Shown here piece after piece: positions 20,308 through 30,198 of a stretch of 64,000 nt of DNA. Position numbers and translations under genes: made by a program. The DNA comes from an uncultured Bacteroidales bacterium (lineage in GTDB: Bacteria > Bacteroidota > Bacteroidia > Bacteroidales > GCA-2748055). Numbering within the stretch: the stretch's first letter is position 1; every line of letters begins with the position of its first letter. Location of the stretch: NCBI GenBank assembly GCA_963779845.1, contig CAVZZV010000005.1:956245-1020244 (forward strand), read 5' to 3'. The notes beneath the pieces were generated by a model, which made no database searches, was not told where the DNA came from, and was given only the letters and a program-made list of their open reading frames with translations.

Positions 20308-21483
20308 ATGAAAAGCGATATGGACGAATTAATGCACAGGGGCTGTTGTAATGGCATTTGCAGGGAAGAAAAGAATGATGGAAAAGATATCATATCAAAC
20401 TACTTTAGTTCATGCAGTAAACTTGACGATTATAATTGGTTAAGAGACATACCCCAGGCAGGTACTAAAAACGATCTGGTAGAAGTACGATTCAAAAATA
20501 CCAGGAAAGGTTTTTACCAAAATACAGACCACCTGCCGCTGTACCGTGGAGAGATGGTAGCGGTTGAATCATCTCCCGGGCACGACATTGGAATTGTATG
20601 CATGACCGGGGAATTGGTGGAGCGGCAATTACAAAAGTATGGACTCAACCCGGGATCTGACGAAATAAAAAAGGTATATCGAAAAGCCCGGCAGGCCGAT
20701 CTCGAAAAGTGGAAAGAGGCAATCGACCTCGAACATGAAACCATGATAAGGGCAAGAAAGATGGCCGCCCGTCTGAATCTGAACATGAAAATAGGGGATG
20801 TGGAATATCAGGGTGATAAAACCAAAGCTATCTTCTATTATATTGCCGACGAGCGGGTCGATTTCCGTCAGCTTATCAAAGATATGGCAGAGTCCTTTCG
20901 GATCAGGGTTGAGATGAAGCAGATTGGGGCAAGGCAGGAAGCCGGACGCATAGGTGGAATTGGCTCTTGCGGTCGTGAATTATGCTGTGCCTCCTGGCTC
21001 ACCAACTTTATATCGGTAACAACTGCCGCTGCAAGGTATCAGGAAGTTTCCCTTAACCCCCAGAAACTGGCGGGTCAATGCGGGAAGTTGAAATGCTGCC
21101 TGAATTATGAAGTTACCAGCTATGTAGACGCCCAGAAGGACTTTCCATCCCGCGAAATTGTCCTCAAGGGCAAAGAGGGAAATGCCTGGCATCAGAAAAC
21201 GGATATTTATCGCGGCATTTACTGGTACTCCCATGAAAGTCAATCCAGCACAAGCCTTATTCCCATTTCAGTAGAACGCGTAAGTGAAATCATAGAACTG
21301 AACCGAAAGGGGATATTCCCTGAAAAATTAATTGAAATCGATTCGTCAAACTCTTCCAGGAGTGAATTCAACGATGTCATCGGCCAGGATAGTCTGACCA
21401 GGTTCGAAGATAAAACACCCAGGAAAAAAAATAAAAATAGAAAAAAATACAGGAATGACCGGAATGACAAAAAACCGGATTGA
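20308..21483 (+). CDS. PSP1 domain protein (RicT/YaaT-like)
   Basis: 391 aa with a PSP1 core carrying GSCGRELCCASWL and CGKLKCCLNYE. There is an extra Cys-rich N-terminus (HRGCCNGIC) and a basic K/R/N tail. Confidence 0.75.
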   Translation: MKSDMDELMHRGCCNGICREEKNDGKDIISNYFSSCSKLDDYNWLRDIPQAGTKNDLVEVRFKNTRKGFYQNTDHLPLYRGEMVAVESSPGHDIGIVCMTGELVERQLQKYGLNPGSDEIKKVYRKARQADLEKWKEAIDLEHETMIRARKMAARLNLNMKIGDVEYQGDKTKAIFYYIADERVDFRQLIKDMAESFRIRVEMKQIGARQEAGRIGGIGSCGRELCCASWLTNFISVTTAAARYQEVSLNPQKLAGQCGKLKCCLNYEVTSYVDAQKDFPSREIVLKGKEGNAWHQKTDIYRGIYWYSHESQSSTSLIPISVERVSEIIELNRKGIFPEKLIEIDSSNSSRSEFNDVIGQDSLTRFEDKTPRKKNKNRKKYRNDRNDKKPD

Positions 21484-21529
21484 TAATTCCACGGATAAAT
21501 TTCATGATCAAAAAACCTATAGGCCAATA

Positions 21530-22003
21530 ATGAGAAAGATACTCCTTTTAACTCTGGTTTTACTTTCATTTATACTCAGTTCCTGTGATCCTCAAATGGT
21601 ATTCGACCAGTTCAAGAGTACTGGTGACGAAAGTTGGAATTGGTCGGAAGTCAGGGAATTTGACATTAACATGCAGGATTCGACAGAGCTATTTAATATT
21701 TATATTAATGTAAGGCATACCAAAAAATATCCATTCTCAAATCTGTATGTTTTCGTCCAACTTACCTCTCCCGATGGAAATACTTTGACAGACACGATCG
21801 ACATTCCGATTGCAAGCCCGAGAGGAAAATGGCTTGGCGATGGCTTTGGCGATATTAAATTTGTTCGCACAGAGTTTCGTGAAGGAGTTCGGTTTGGACA
21901 AAAAGGTATTTACAAGGCTAAACTCACCCAGGGGATGAGGGCAGAAGAAGTGCCTGTTACCGATATTGGCATCCGGGTTGAAAAGTACACCTCCCTAAAA
22001 TAA
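21530..22003 (+). CDS. gldH: gliding motility lipoprotein GldH
   Basis: Starts MRKILLLTLVLLSFILSSC (lipobox), followed by YPFSNLYVFV, GKWLGDGFGD, LTQGMR and DIGIRVEK, a typical GldH layout. Confidence 0.75.
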   Translation: MRKILLLTLVLLSFILSSCDPQMVFDQFKSTGDESWNWSEVREFDINMQDSTELFNIYINVRHTKKYPFSNLYVFVQLTSPDGNTLTDTIDIPIASPRGKWLGDGFGDIKFVRTEFREGVRFGQKGIYKAKLTQGMRAEEVPVTDIGIRVEKYTSLK

Positions 22004-22008
22004 TATTC

Positions 22009-22722
22009 GTGGGAAAGGACAAGCTGAAAAGATTCCGGGAACTGAATACCTTCGAGAGAGTATTCCAGCCTTCCTTAGAGGAATGTTTTCTGTCTGATTA
22101 TCCCCTGAAAGGCAGATGGGGCATTGAGGTGTTTGGGAATAACCATCCAATAGTCCTTGAGCTTGGATGTGGGAAGGGTGAATACACGGTTGGACTGGCC
22201 CGGATGTTCCCTGATAAAAACTTCATAGGAATCGACATTAAAGGGGCGAGGATGTGGAAAGGGGCAAAAGAAGCCCATCAGGAGAAAATTCACAATACTG
22301 CATTTCTGAGGACAAGAATAGAATTTATCTCCTCTTTCTTTTCAAAAGATGAAGTTGATGAAATATGGATTACCTTTCCGGATCCTCAACCAAAAGATCG
22401 ATGGGCGGGCAAACGATTGAGCAGTGCAGCCTTCCTGAACCGTTACCGGCATTTTGTAAAAGATGGGGGCATAGTTCATCTTAAAACAGACAGCCTTCCT
22501 CTCTATAGATATACCCTTTCTTTGGTCAGAGAGAATGACCTGGGAATTCTCTCCAGTACAAGCGACCTCTATAATTCTCCCGAAAGAGAGAGTGTACCGG
22601 ATATTCAGACATTCTACGAAAAGCAGTTCCTTAGCCGTAGTTTACCCATTCATTACCTGAAGTTCGGGTTGAAATCCCGAATATTCATCAAGGAGACACG
22701 GGGAGAGGGAAACTTGCTGTAA
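22009..22722 (+). CDS. trmB: tRNA (guanine-N7)-methyltransferase
   Basis: 237 aa with LELGCGKGEYTVGLA, FIGIDIKG and ITFPDPQPK. GTG start. Confidence 0.85.
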   Translation: MGKDKLKRFRELNTFERVFQPSLEECFLSDYPLKGRWGIEVFGNNHPIVLELGCGKGEYTVGLARMFPDKNFIGIDIKGARMWKGAKEAHQEKIHNTAFLRTRIEFISSFFSKDEVDEIWITFPDPQPKDRWAGKRLSSAAFLNRYRHFVKDGGIVHLKTDSLPLYRYTLSLVRENDLGILSSTSDLYNSPERESVPDIQTFYEKQFLSRSLPIHYLKFGLKSRIFIKETRGEGNLL

Positions 22723-22750
22723 AAATTCCACCCCAACAAATTATGCACCT

Positions 22751-23089
22751 ATGGACAATGACGATTTTTTCAGTCGGGTATATGAAGTCACCAAACTGAT
22801 CCCCTACGGAAGGGTGACCAGTTATGGAGCCATTGCCAGGTTTCTGGGAACTGCACGTTCATCCAGAATGGTGGGCTGGGCTTTGAATAACGCACACCAA
22901 AACCCCCTGTACATTCCCGCACACCGTGTAGTCAACCGGAATGGCCTTCTTACCGGAAAACATCATTTTCCTGGAGTGAATATGATGCAGGAATTACTTG
23001 AAAATGAAGGTATTATTATAGAGGATGACCGGGTCGTTGATTTTGAAAAGATTTTTTGGGATCCCAATTTGCACATCCATTTCGCCTGA
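22751..23089 (+). CDS. MGMT-family DNA-binding protein lacking the acceptor cysteine (alkyltransferase-like)
   Basis: 112 aa with IPYGRVTSYGAIA. The motif reads IPAHRVV where active alkyltransferases have PCHRV. Confidence 0.7.
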   Translation: MDNDDFFSRVYEVTKLIPYGRVTSYGAIARFLGTARSSRMVGWALNNAHQNPLYIPAHRVVNRNGLLTGKHHFPGVNMMQELLENEGIIIEDDRVVDFEKIFWDPNLHIHFA

Positions 23090-23176
23090 CCCCCGCCCTT
23101 TTTAACAATACCGATAATCCCTCATTTTAAGCAATTATTTATTAATTTTGCAATTCAATAAAAAATAAGATTCAAA

Positions 23177-24271
23177 ATGACCATTAAAAGAGAAAAAGTA
23201 ATACAGATCCTTGATACAGTAAGGCATCCTGAATCCCGCGAAGGAATTGTCAGCATGGGACTGGTAGACGGGTTGATGATTGAAGGCCATAAAATAAAGT
23301 TCAACCTGCGGTTCAAAAAACCAAAAGAGCCGTTTGCTGCCTCTTTGAAAAAAACTGCAGAAGCTGCGCTGAAAAAGGAATTTCCCGACGCGGAGACCAG
23401 TATTGAAGTTATAACTCCTTCCCCGGTAACTCCCCCAAAAGACTCTTCCGTTGCCGGGGTGAAAAATATAATTGCCGTGGCTTCCGGTAAGGGAGGAGTT
23501 GGCAAATCAACCCTGGCAGTCAACCTGGCCGTTGCCCTGGCAAAAACAGGAGCCTCTGTAGGGCTGATCGATGCAGATGTTTATGGCCCTTCAATCCCAA
23601 AAATGTTCGATCTTGAATCAGAACGTCCCCAGGTTATCAGGGAAGAGGATAAAGAGATCATTATTCCAATTGAAAAACACGGGGTCAAAATAATGTCTAT
23701 AGGATTTTTTGTGAAGCCCGAAGATGCCCTGGTCTGGAGAGGCCCAATGGCCACAAGTGCCCTAAAACAGCTGCTCAATCAATCGGAATGGGGCGAACTG
23801 GATTATATGCTTATTGATTTGCCTCCCGGAACCGGGGATATACACCTGACCATTGTTCAGGAAATGGCCGTGACCGGTGCGGTTATCGTTTCAACCCCGC
23901 AGGAGGTTGCCCTTTCCGATGCGGTAAAAGGAATCGCCATGTTCACCGGCGACAAAATCAACGTGCCGGTTCTTGGACTCATTGAAAACATGGCATGGTT
24001 CACACCTGCAGAACTTCCCGACAATAAATATTATATTTTTGGGAAAGAAGGAGTGAAAAAACTTGCCGAAAAGATGAAGGTTGAACTCCTTGGCCAAATC
24101 CCTCTTGTACAGAGCATCCGCGAAGATGGGGATTCCGGTCGCCCTTCTGTACTAGACAGCAGCAGCATTGCCGGGATGGCATTTGACGATCTGGCCCAAA
24201 GGCTGATCCGGGCAGTAGAGAAAAGGAACCGGGACCAGGGGCCCACGGAGCGGGTGGAAATTACCCAGTAA
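23177..24271 (+). CDS. Mrp/NBP35-family Fe-S cluster carrier ATPase
   Basis: 364 aa with an N-terminal DUF59-like domain, VASGKGGVGKST (deviant Walker A) and ENMAWF. Confidence 0.85.
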   Translation: MTIKREKVIQILDTVRHPESREGIVSMGLVDGLMIEGHKIKFNLRFKKPKEPFAASLKKTAEAALKKEFPDAETSIEVITPSPVTPPKDSSVAGVKNIIAVASGKGGVGKSTLAVNLAVALAKTGASVGLIDADVYGPSIPKMFDLESERPQVIREEDKEIIIPIEKHGVKIMSIGFFVKPEDALVWRGPMATSALKQLLNQSEWGELDYMLIDLPPGTGDIHLTIVQEMAVTGAVIVSTPQEVALSDAVKGIAMFTGDKINVPVLGLIENMAWFTPAELPDNKYYIFGKEGVKKLAEKMKVELLGQIPLVQSIREDGDSGRPSVLDSSSIAGMAFDDLAQRLIRAVEKRNRDQGPTERVEITQ

Positions 24272-24417
24272 ACAACCAACTGGTTGGGAAGATGAACTTT
24301 CGGAAATCCTTATAAAATCAGTTGCCGAACTTTGAATAAATATGTAGAAAAATCATCGACTGTAAAATATCAGGGATTTTTTACAGTTATTTGTAAGAAT
24401 ATATAAACGAGTTTATT

Positions 24418-27075
24418 TTGACCCGGCATCTAAAGATCTTCATTTATCTCTTATTTGGTTTTTTCGTTTCCTGCTCGACAGAGAAGAACACGATGATCAG
24501 CCGTTCCTATCACAACCTGACCTCTCATTACAATATATATTTCAACGGTTATCAGAGTTACGAAAAGGGTATTTCACGCCTGCAGAAAAATTTCGAGTAC
24601 AACTACTCAGGCCTCCTTCCACTTTTCTATTATGAGAGTCCTACTGCCGCCCAGACTGTTTCTTCGGATATGGAAAGAGCTATTGATAAAGCTTCCAAAG
24701 TAATAACCCTCCATTCGATCACCGCCAAACCAGATATAAAGCGCGGTATACAAAACGACAAACAAAAAGATTTTTATAATAAAAAAGAATACAATAAATG
24801 GATTGACGATAACTACCTTCTCATGGGAAAGGCCTATGTGTATAAGAACCAATATGATCTGGCCATGGAAGCACTGCGGAAGGTGATCACAGATTTTCCC
24901 GGGGAGACCAGCCGGTATGAAGCCTTAATATGGATGGCAAGGGTATACAACGAAACCGGGGAATTCCGGGAATCGGAAAAAATCCTCAATATCCTGAGCA
25001 CTGAAAAAGAATTTCCCAATCCCCTGAAAGCATCACTGTATTCAACCTATTCCGATATGTTCATCAAACAGGGAAAGTATGAAAGGGCCGCTGAGATGCT
25101 CGACAAAAGTTTAAAGTACATCAAAAACAAACATAATAAGATAAGGTACACCTATATCCTTGCCCAGCTTTATGAACAAACCGGAAATGCTTCATCGGCA
25201 TTGAAAACTTACGGGGAAGTGATTAAAATGAACCCCCCCTATGAAATGACTTTCAATGCTAAAATCAACATGGCCCGTTCCTTTCAGGCAGGCAGTGGAA
25301 ATGCCGAAGAGATAAACTCCGTTCTTAAAAAACTCCTGAAAGATGATAAGAATATTGAGTATAAAGATCAGATTTATTATGCGATGGGCGAAATCGCCTT
25401 GAAGGAAGGTAAAACCAGCGAGGCAATAGAGGATTTTAAAAAAAGTATTGAAGTCTCCGTAAGCAATTATAACCAAAAAGGATATTCCTACCTGGCTCTG
25501 GGCGACCTTTATTATCAAATGCCACAATATTCTCTGGCACAGGCCTATTACGACAGTACGCTTCAAAATATAGCTCCTGAATATGAGGAATACGATATGC
25601 TTAGCCGGAAATCATCCAGTCTCACCCATCTTGTTCAGTACCTTCAGATTTACGAACTTGAAGACAGCGTCCAATTATTGGCACGGCTTCCGGAAAAAGA
25701 GAGGCTGGCCCGGATTGATAATATTATCGAAAATATCCGTAAGCAAGAGGAAGAGCAACGACAAAAAGAACAGGAAGGGCTCATGGACATGCAATATAGC
25801 ATGATGAATAGTGGGAGTTCAAACACGGGTGGAGTAAATATAGCGGACCAGGGGGATAAATGGTATTTTTATAACCTCAACGCCAAAGGCTTTGGTCAGC
25901 CGGAATTTCGGATGAAATGGGGTAATCGCAAGCTCGAAGACAACTGGCGCAGGAATAGCAAACAAACGCTTGATTTTTCTGATACCAACAACATGGGAAC
26001 GAACATGGAGAATGGTGATCTTCCGCAGAGCGGACAACCAATCCTTGGCCTAAAATCGCGTGAATTCTATCTGGCAAATATCCCGCTTACCGATTCTGCC
26101 ATGAAACAGTCTGAACTAAGGATTGAAAATGCTTTGCAAAACATGGGGATTGTTTATCGTGATGAATTAAATGATAAGGCGGAAGCTATAAAAACTTTTG
26201 AAGAACAGATCAAACGTTTTCCTGACGGAAAGCTTGCCTTGCCAGCATATTACAATTTATATGAGCTCTATTCCGAATCAGGAAATCAGGCAAAATCCAA
26301 TTATTATAAAGATCTCATTATCCGGAAATATCCTGATAACCCACGCGGCAAAATACTCGCTGATCCGGACTATGTGCAACAACTGATTAAAGAAGAGAGC
26401 CGGAAAGGGACGAGTTATGAAAAAGCATTTGAATTCTACAAACAGGGGAATTATGAAGGAGTTCTCTCTGAAGTGAATTATGCCCTAAAGGAATTTGAAG
26501 GCGACAAAATTATTCCCAGGTTTCGTTTACTTAAAGCCCTCGCGGAAGGCGGACTGCATGGAAAAGAAATCCTTAACCAGGAACTTGAAAAGATCATCGA
26601 AGAATTTCCGGAACATGAGGTCAGCACCTACGCACAACAGCTCAAAGAACACCTCTATACCATCTCCCCGGAGCTGGAGATCAGTGATACCCGCAAAAAA
26701 GCTGAAGAAATCTACCGGTATAAAACAGAGGGGACATTCTTTGCCGGCATAGCTTCTACTTCATCAGTGGATATCAATCAGCTAAATTTCAACCTTATCA
26801 ACTTCAACCTGGATAATTTTAACCAGCAAAACCTAAGCCTCCAACAATTTACTGTGGGCAGGAAAACAATCATCCTCATCCGGTCATTTAAAGATCAGCT
26901 ATCAGCAGAGGCATATCTGGATTCCATCCGGAAAAATGAGGATAGCGTATTTAAGTCGATTGATAAAAACGGGACCGGTTTATTCCTCATCACTCCCGAA
27001 AATTTTGAAACGATGATTGGTGATAACGATTATTCCAAATACAGCCTTTTTTATGGGAAATATTATCAAAATTAG
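24418..27075 (+). CDS. porW: T9SS periplasmic TPR lipoprotein PorW/SprE
   Basis: 885 aa. The lipoprotein start FFVSCSTEKNTMISRSYHNLTSHYNIYFNGYQSYEKG matches my recollection of the SprE/PorW N-terminus. TPR-like repeats follow. Apparent TTG start. Confidence 0.6.
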   Translation: MTRHLKIFIYLLFGFFVSCSTEKNTMISRSYHNLTSHYNIYFNGYQSYEKGISRLQKNFEYNYSGLLPLFYYESPTAAQTVSSDMERAIDKASKVITLHSITAKPDIKRGIQNDKQKDFYNKKEYNKWIDDNYLLMGKAYVYKNQYDLAMEALRKVITDFPGETSRYEALIWMARVYNETGEFRESEKILNILSTEKEFPNPLKASLYSTYSDMFIKQGKYERAAEMLDKSLKYIKNKHNKIRYTYILAQLYEQTGNASSALKTYGEVIKMNPPYEMTFNAKINMARSFQAGSGNAEEINSVLKKLLKDDKNIEYKDQIYYAMGEIALKEGKTSEAIEDFKKSIEVSVSNYNQKGYSYLALGDLYYQMPQYSLAQAYYDSTLQNIAPEYEEYDMLSRKSSSLTHLVQYLQIYELEDSVQLLARLPEKERLARIDNIIENIRKQEEEQRQKEQEGLMDMQYSMMNSGSSNTGGVNIADQGDKWYFYNLNAKGFGQPEFRMKWGNRKLEDNWRRNSKQTLDFSDTNNMGTNMENGDLPQSGQPILGLKSREFYLANIPLTDSAMKQSELRIENALQNMGIVYRDELNDKAEAIKTFEEQIKRFPDGKLALPAYYNLYELYSESGNQAKSNYYKDLIIRKYPDNPRGKILADPDYVQQLIKEESRKGTSYEKAFEFYKQGNYEGVLSEVNYALKEFEGDKIIPRFRLLKALAEGGLHGKEILNQELEKIIEEFPEHEVSTYAQQLKEHLYTISPELEISDTRKKAEEIYRYKTEGTFFAGIASTSSVDINQLNFNLINFNLDNFNQQNLSLQQFTVGRKTIILIRSFKDQLSAEAYLDSIRKNEDSVFKSIDKNGTGLFLITPENFETMIGDNDYSKYSLFYGKYYQN

Positions 27076-27148
27076 GGATTAAGACATTTTCTGTATAAAT
27101 TGGCAATTATTGCCAAAAGAGAATAAATCATTAACCGGAAGGAAATTC

Positions 27149-28702
27149 ATGGAAAAAAAAACAAAAATATTATGGGTTGATGATGAAATTGACTTACTCA
27201 AATCCTATATAATTTTTCTTAAAGAAAAGGGATTTGAAATACTCACCGCGAATAACGGCAACGACGCAATCCAAATGGTAGAGGAAGAGGAGTTCGACCT
27301 CATTTTCCTCGATGAAAATATGCCTGGATTGAGTGGTATCCAGACCCTGGACCGTATTAAGGAGATCAAATCTTCCATTCCCGTGGTAATGATCACGAAG
27401 AGTGAAGAGGAGGACATTATGGAGCAGGCCATTGGCTCGAAGATCGCTGATTACCTTATTAAGCCCGTAAATCCAAATCAGATTCTCCTTACCATCAAGA
27501 AGAACATTGAGAAAAAGCAGCTTATAAGCAGGAAAACCACCTCCGATTATCAGGGCCAGTTTGGCCAGATTGGAATGCTGATCAATACGGCATCAACCCC
27601 GGAAAACTGGATCGATATTTATAAAAAACTTGTTTACTGGGAAATTGAACTTCAAAATTCCAACGACAGCAATATGGATGAGGTCCTGATCCTCCAGAAG
27701 AATGAAGCCAATAAGGAATTTTGCCGGTTCATCAAGCGGAATTACGAAAGCTGGTTTGATTCCAAATCAGCCGATAAACCTCTCTTGTCCCCTTCTGTAT
27801 TTGCCTCCAGGGTATTGCCTTTACTTGAAAAAGGCGAAAAGGTTTTTTTCATCCTGATAGATAATCTTCGTTTCGATCAGTGGAAGATTTTGGAAAAGCA
27901 GGTAACGGAAATATGCCGGTTGGACAAGGAGGAGTTATATTACAGCATACTTCCTACAGCCACTCAATATTCCCGAAATTCCCTTTTCGCAGGCCTTATG
28001 CCATACGAAATATTCGATCTTTATCCCGATATGTGGGTTTTCGATGAGGAAGAAGGGGGGAAAAATCTCATGGAAAAGAACCTGCTGGAAAAACAACTTT
28101 CCCGTTTATCCAAAAATATCCGATTTCGATATGAAAAGGTTCTGAACCAACGGACAGGGAAAAAGCTGGTCGAAAAAGTGTCCGACCTCCTCGAATACGA
28201 TTTAAATGTTATTGTTTACAATTTCGTGGACATGCTTTCACATGCCCGCACCGAAATGGAGATGATTCGTGAACTGGCCGATAATGAAGCGGCCTATCGC
28301 AGTCTTACTGCCTCCTGGTTCCTTCACTCCAATTTGCTGGAGCTCCTGAAAACTATCGTGGGGAAAAATATTAAAATTGTGCTTACCACCGATCATGGTT
28401 CCATAAAAGTGCAAAATCCGGTAAAAGTAATCGGAGACAGGAAAACATCCACCAATTTACGCTACAAGCTGGGACGAAACCTGGATTATTCCAAAGGATC
28501 GGTATTTGAAATCCGGAATCCGGATATCGTTCATCTCCCAAAACCTAATATTTCTTCCACCTATATATTTGCCATGGAAAACGATTACCTCGTTTATCCC
28601 AATAATTACAACCATTTTGTGAATTATTATAAAAACACTTTTCAGCATGGCGGGGTATCTATGGAAGAAGTTCTCATTCCTCTCATACAGCTTACTATTT
28701 AA
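27149..28702 (+). CDS. porX: T9SS response regulator PorX (receiver plus PglZ/alkaline-phosphatase-like domain)
   Basis: Receiver domain KILWVDDEIDLL ... DLIFLDENMPGLSG, then PglZ-type FFILIDNLRFDQW and TTDHGS. Confidence 0.7.
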   Translation: MEKKTKILWVDDEIDLLKSYIIFLKEKGFEILTANNGNDAIQMVEEEEFDLIFLDENMPGLSGIQTLDRIKEIKSSIPVVMITKSEEEDIMEQAIGSKIADYLIKPVNPNQILLTIKKNIEKKQLISRKTTSDYQGQFGQIGMLINTASTPENWIDIYKKLVYWEIELQNSNDSNMDEVLILQKNEANKEFCRFIKRNYESWFDSKSADKPLLSPSVFASRVLPLLEKGEKVFFILIDNLRFDQWKILEKQVTEICRLDKEELYYSILPTATQYSRNSLFAGLMPYEIFDLYPDMWVFDEEEGGKNLMEKNLLEKQLSRLSKNIRFRYEKVLNQRTGKKLVEKVSDLLEYDLNVIVYNFVDMLSHARTEMEMIRELADNEAAYRSLTASWFLHSNLLELLKTIVGKNIKIVLTTDHGSIKVQNPVKVIGDRKTSTNLRYKLGRNLDYSKGSVFEIRNPDIVHLPKPNISSTYIFAMENDYLVYPNNYNHFVNYYKNTFQHGGVSMEEVLIPLIQLTI

Positions 28703-28716
28703 TCCTTTTGCCTGAA

Positions 28717-29133
28717 ATGGTTACCATTCATCTGGAATCTGTAAGAGAAATAAAGGCCGCCACCAGAGAAATAATTGATTTGATGGGTACTGACCGGATA
28801 TTTGCTTTTTACGGCGATATGGGTTCAGGCAAGACTACCCTGATAAAGTCTATTTGCAAGCAGCTGAAAGTCATCGACAATGTGAGCAGTCCCACCTTCG
28901 CCCTGATCAATGAATACGAAACGGAAGATCATGGCCTGATATTCCATTTCGATTTTTACCGGATCAAGAAGATTGAAGAACTGTATGATATTGGTTACGA
29001 GGATTATTTTTACAGCGGTCAATACTGTTTCATTGAATGGCCGGAGAAGGCAGAGGAGCTGTTGCCCTCAGGCATCCGGAAGATTTATATTGGGGTAAAC
29101 GAGGATGGATCCCGGACTATCGACACTTTGTAG
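28717..29133 (+). CDS. tsaE: tRNA t6A biosynthesis protein TsaE
   Basis: P-loop FYGDMGSGKTTL plus the HFDFYR and FIEWPE motifs. Confidence 0.85.
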   Translation: MVTIHLESVREIKAATREIIDLMGTDRIFAFYGDMGSGKTTLIKSICKQLKVIDNVSSPTFALINEYETEDHGLIFHFDFYRIKKIEELYDIGYEDYFYSGQYCFIEWPEKAEELLPSGIRKIYIGVNEDGSRTIDTL

Positions 29134-29443
29134 ATCCCTTACCCTTCTTACTTTTTACTTCTTCCGGTGAGCAGTTGCAAAAAAGATGCAGATCCTGCAA
29201 GGGAAAAAAGCTACAACCTAAAGGTACAAGATGTTCTTGGAGTAACCGGGACCGTCACGTTTATTGAAACAAGCTCTACCAAGTCGACCATAACTTTAAA
29301 ACTGAATGGTGCCCCTTCAGGAAGCCATCCGGCTGCTTTGTACATGAATTCAGTGGTCGAGGGTGGCGCGATGGCTCAGGACGACCGCTGTTGGATTTGA
29401 CAACATCATTTGCCATGGGAATATCGGTTCGAATGTGAAATAG
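29105..29443 (+). pseudogene. small lipoprotein gene interrupted by two 1-nt frame breaks
   Basis: ATG 29105 gives MDPGLSTLCRSLTLLTFYFFR*. After the T5 run at 29152-29156 the next frame reads LLLPVSSCKKDADP ... GSHPAALYMNSVVEGGAMAQDD. After the CC at 29385-29386 a third frame reads AVGFDNIICHGNIGSNVK*. Joined, they give a roughly 113-aa lipoprotein with lipobox PVSSC. Confidence 0.35.
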
Positions 29444-29612
29444 TGCTTTGCCTTACCACCCGGCAATCTTGACAAATACTGCTGAAAGCAATAGCTAAAA
29501 GAATAAATGTACTGAATGTGTGAATGATGTAACTTTTCTTCAGAATTGTGTAATGCATCCGGGTATGAAAACAATTACCTTTATTCTTAGGGTTTCTTAC
29601 TGTTTAAAAACA

Positions 29613-29637
29613 TTAGCGGGCACTTAAAACCCGCTAA
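29613..29637. other. 8-bp stem hairpin (TTAGCGGG-cacttaaaa-CCCGCTAA)
   Basis: Perfect inverted repeat read directly from the sequence. An A-run lies upstream and no clean T-run downstream on the plus strand. Function unclear; possibly a terminator. Confidence 0.35.
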
Positions 29638-29693
29638 TTATCAGAATTAATATTAATTTTTTAATGCCCACTAGTGATTTAAAAATTAAGGCC

Positions 29694-30137
29694 ATGAAAA
29701 CAAAAAAAATAAAAAGTTTGGCGAAAAGTACCCTTTTGGGAATTTTCGTAACATTGATGGTTATTGCATTTACATCCTGTTCCAAAAAAATGTCACTTTT
29801 AAACTCTACCGTTGTTCCCTCGGCAAAAGGTTTTGTTGAAGTGAAAAGAGACAATAATGAAAATTATACGATAAAAGTAGAGGTGAATGATCTGGCTGAA
29901 GTAGAGAGAGTCCAACCGTCCAAAACCACTTATGTGGTATGGATGGAAACGGAACAGGGAAATGTTGAGAACCTTGGACAATTAGTGAGCTCAACCGGTT
30001 TTTTATCCAAGCGCCGCACGGCATCCCTGGAAACGGTATCTTCCTTTAAACCAGTCAAAGTTTTTATTACTGCTGAAGACGGGACAAATGTCCGATATCC
30101 TGACAGTAAAGTGATAATAACTACGGATACTTTTTAG
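29694..30137 (+). CDS. hypothetical lipoprotein
   Basis: MKTKKIKSLAKSTLLGIFVTLMVIAFTSC lipobox followed by a roughly 120-aa beta-rich body. No family recognised. Confidence 0.5.
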   Translation: MKTKKIKSLAKSTLLGIFVTLMVIAFTSCSKKMSLLNSTVVPSAKGFVEVKRDNNENYTIKVEVNDLAEVERVQPSKTTYVVWMETEQGNVENLGQLVSSTGFLSKRRTASLETVSSFKPVKVFITAEDGTNVRYPDSKVIITTDTF

Positions 30138-30198
30138 ATGCCTATTCAATTTATAAAAGGAGATTACTGGGGAGAAACGTGCCGGGTACTCCCCTGCT

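Noticed and set aside
26760-26830. Short DNA periodicity (ttcaacc-like) encoding INQLNFNLINFNLDNFNQQN in PorW
   Set aside because: This is a low-complexity Asn/Phe/Leu linker inside a coding region. It is too short and imperfect to count as a repeat element.
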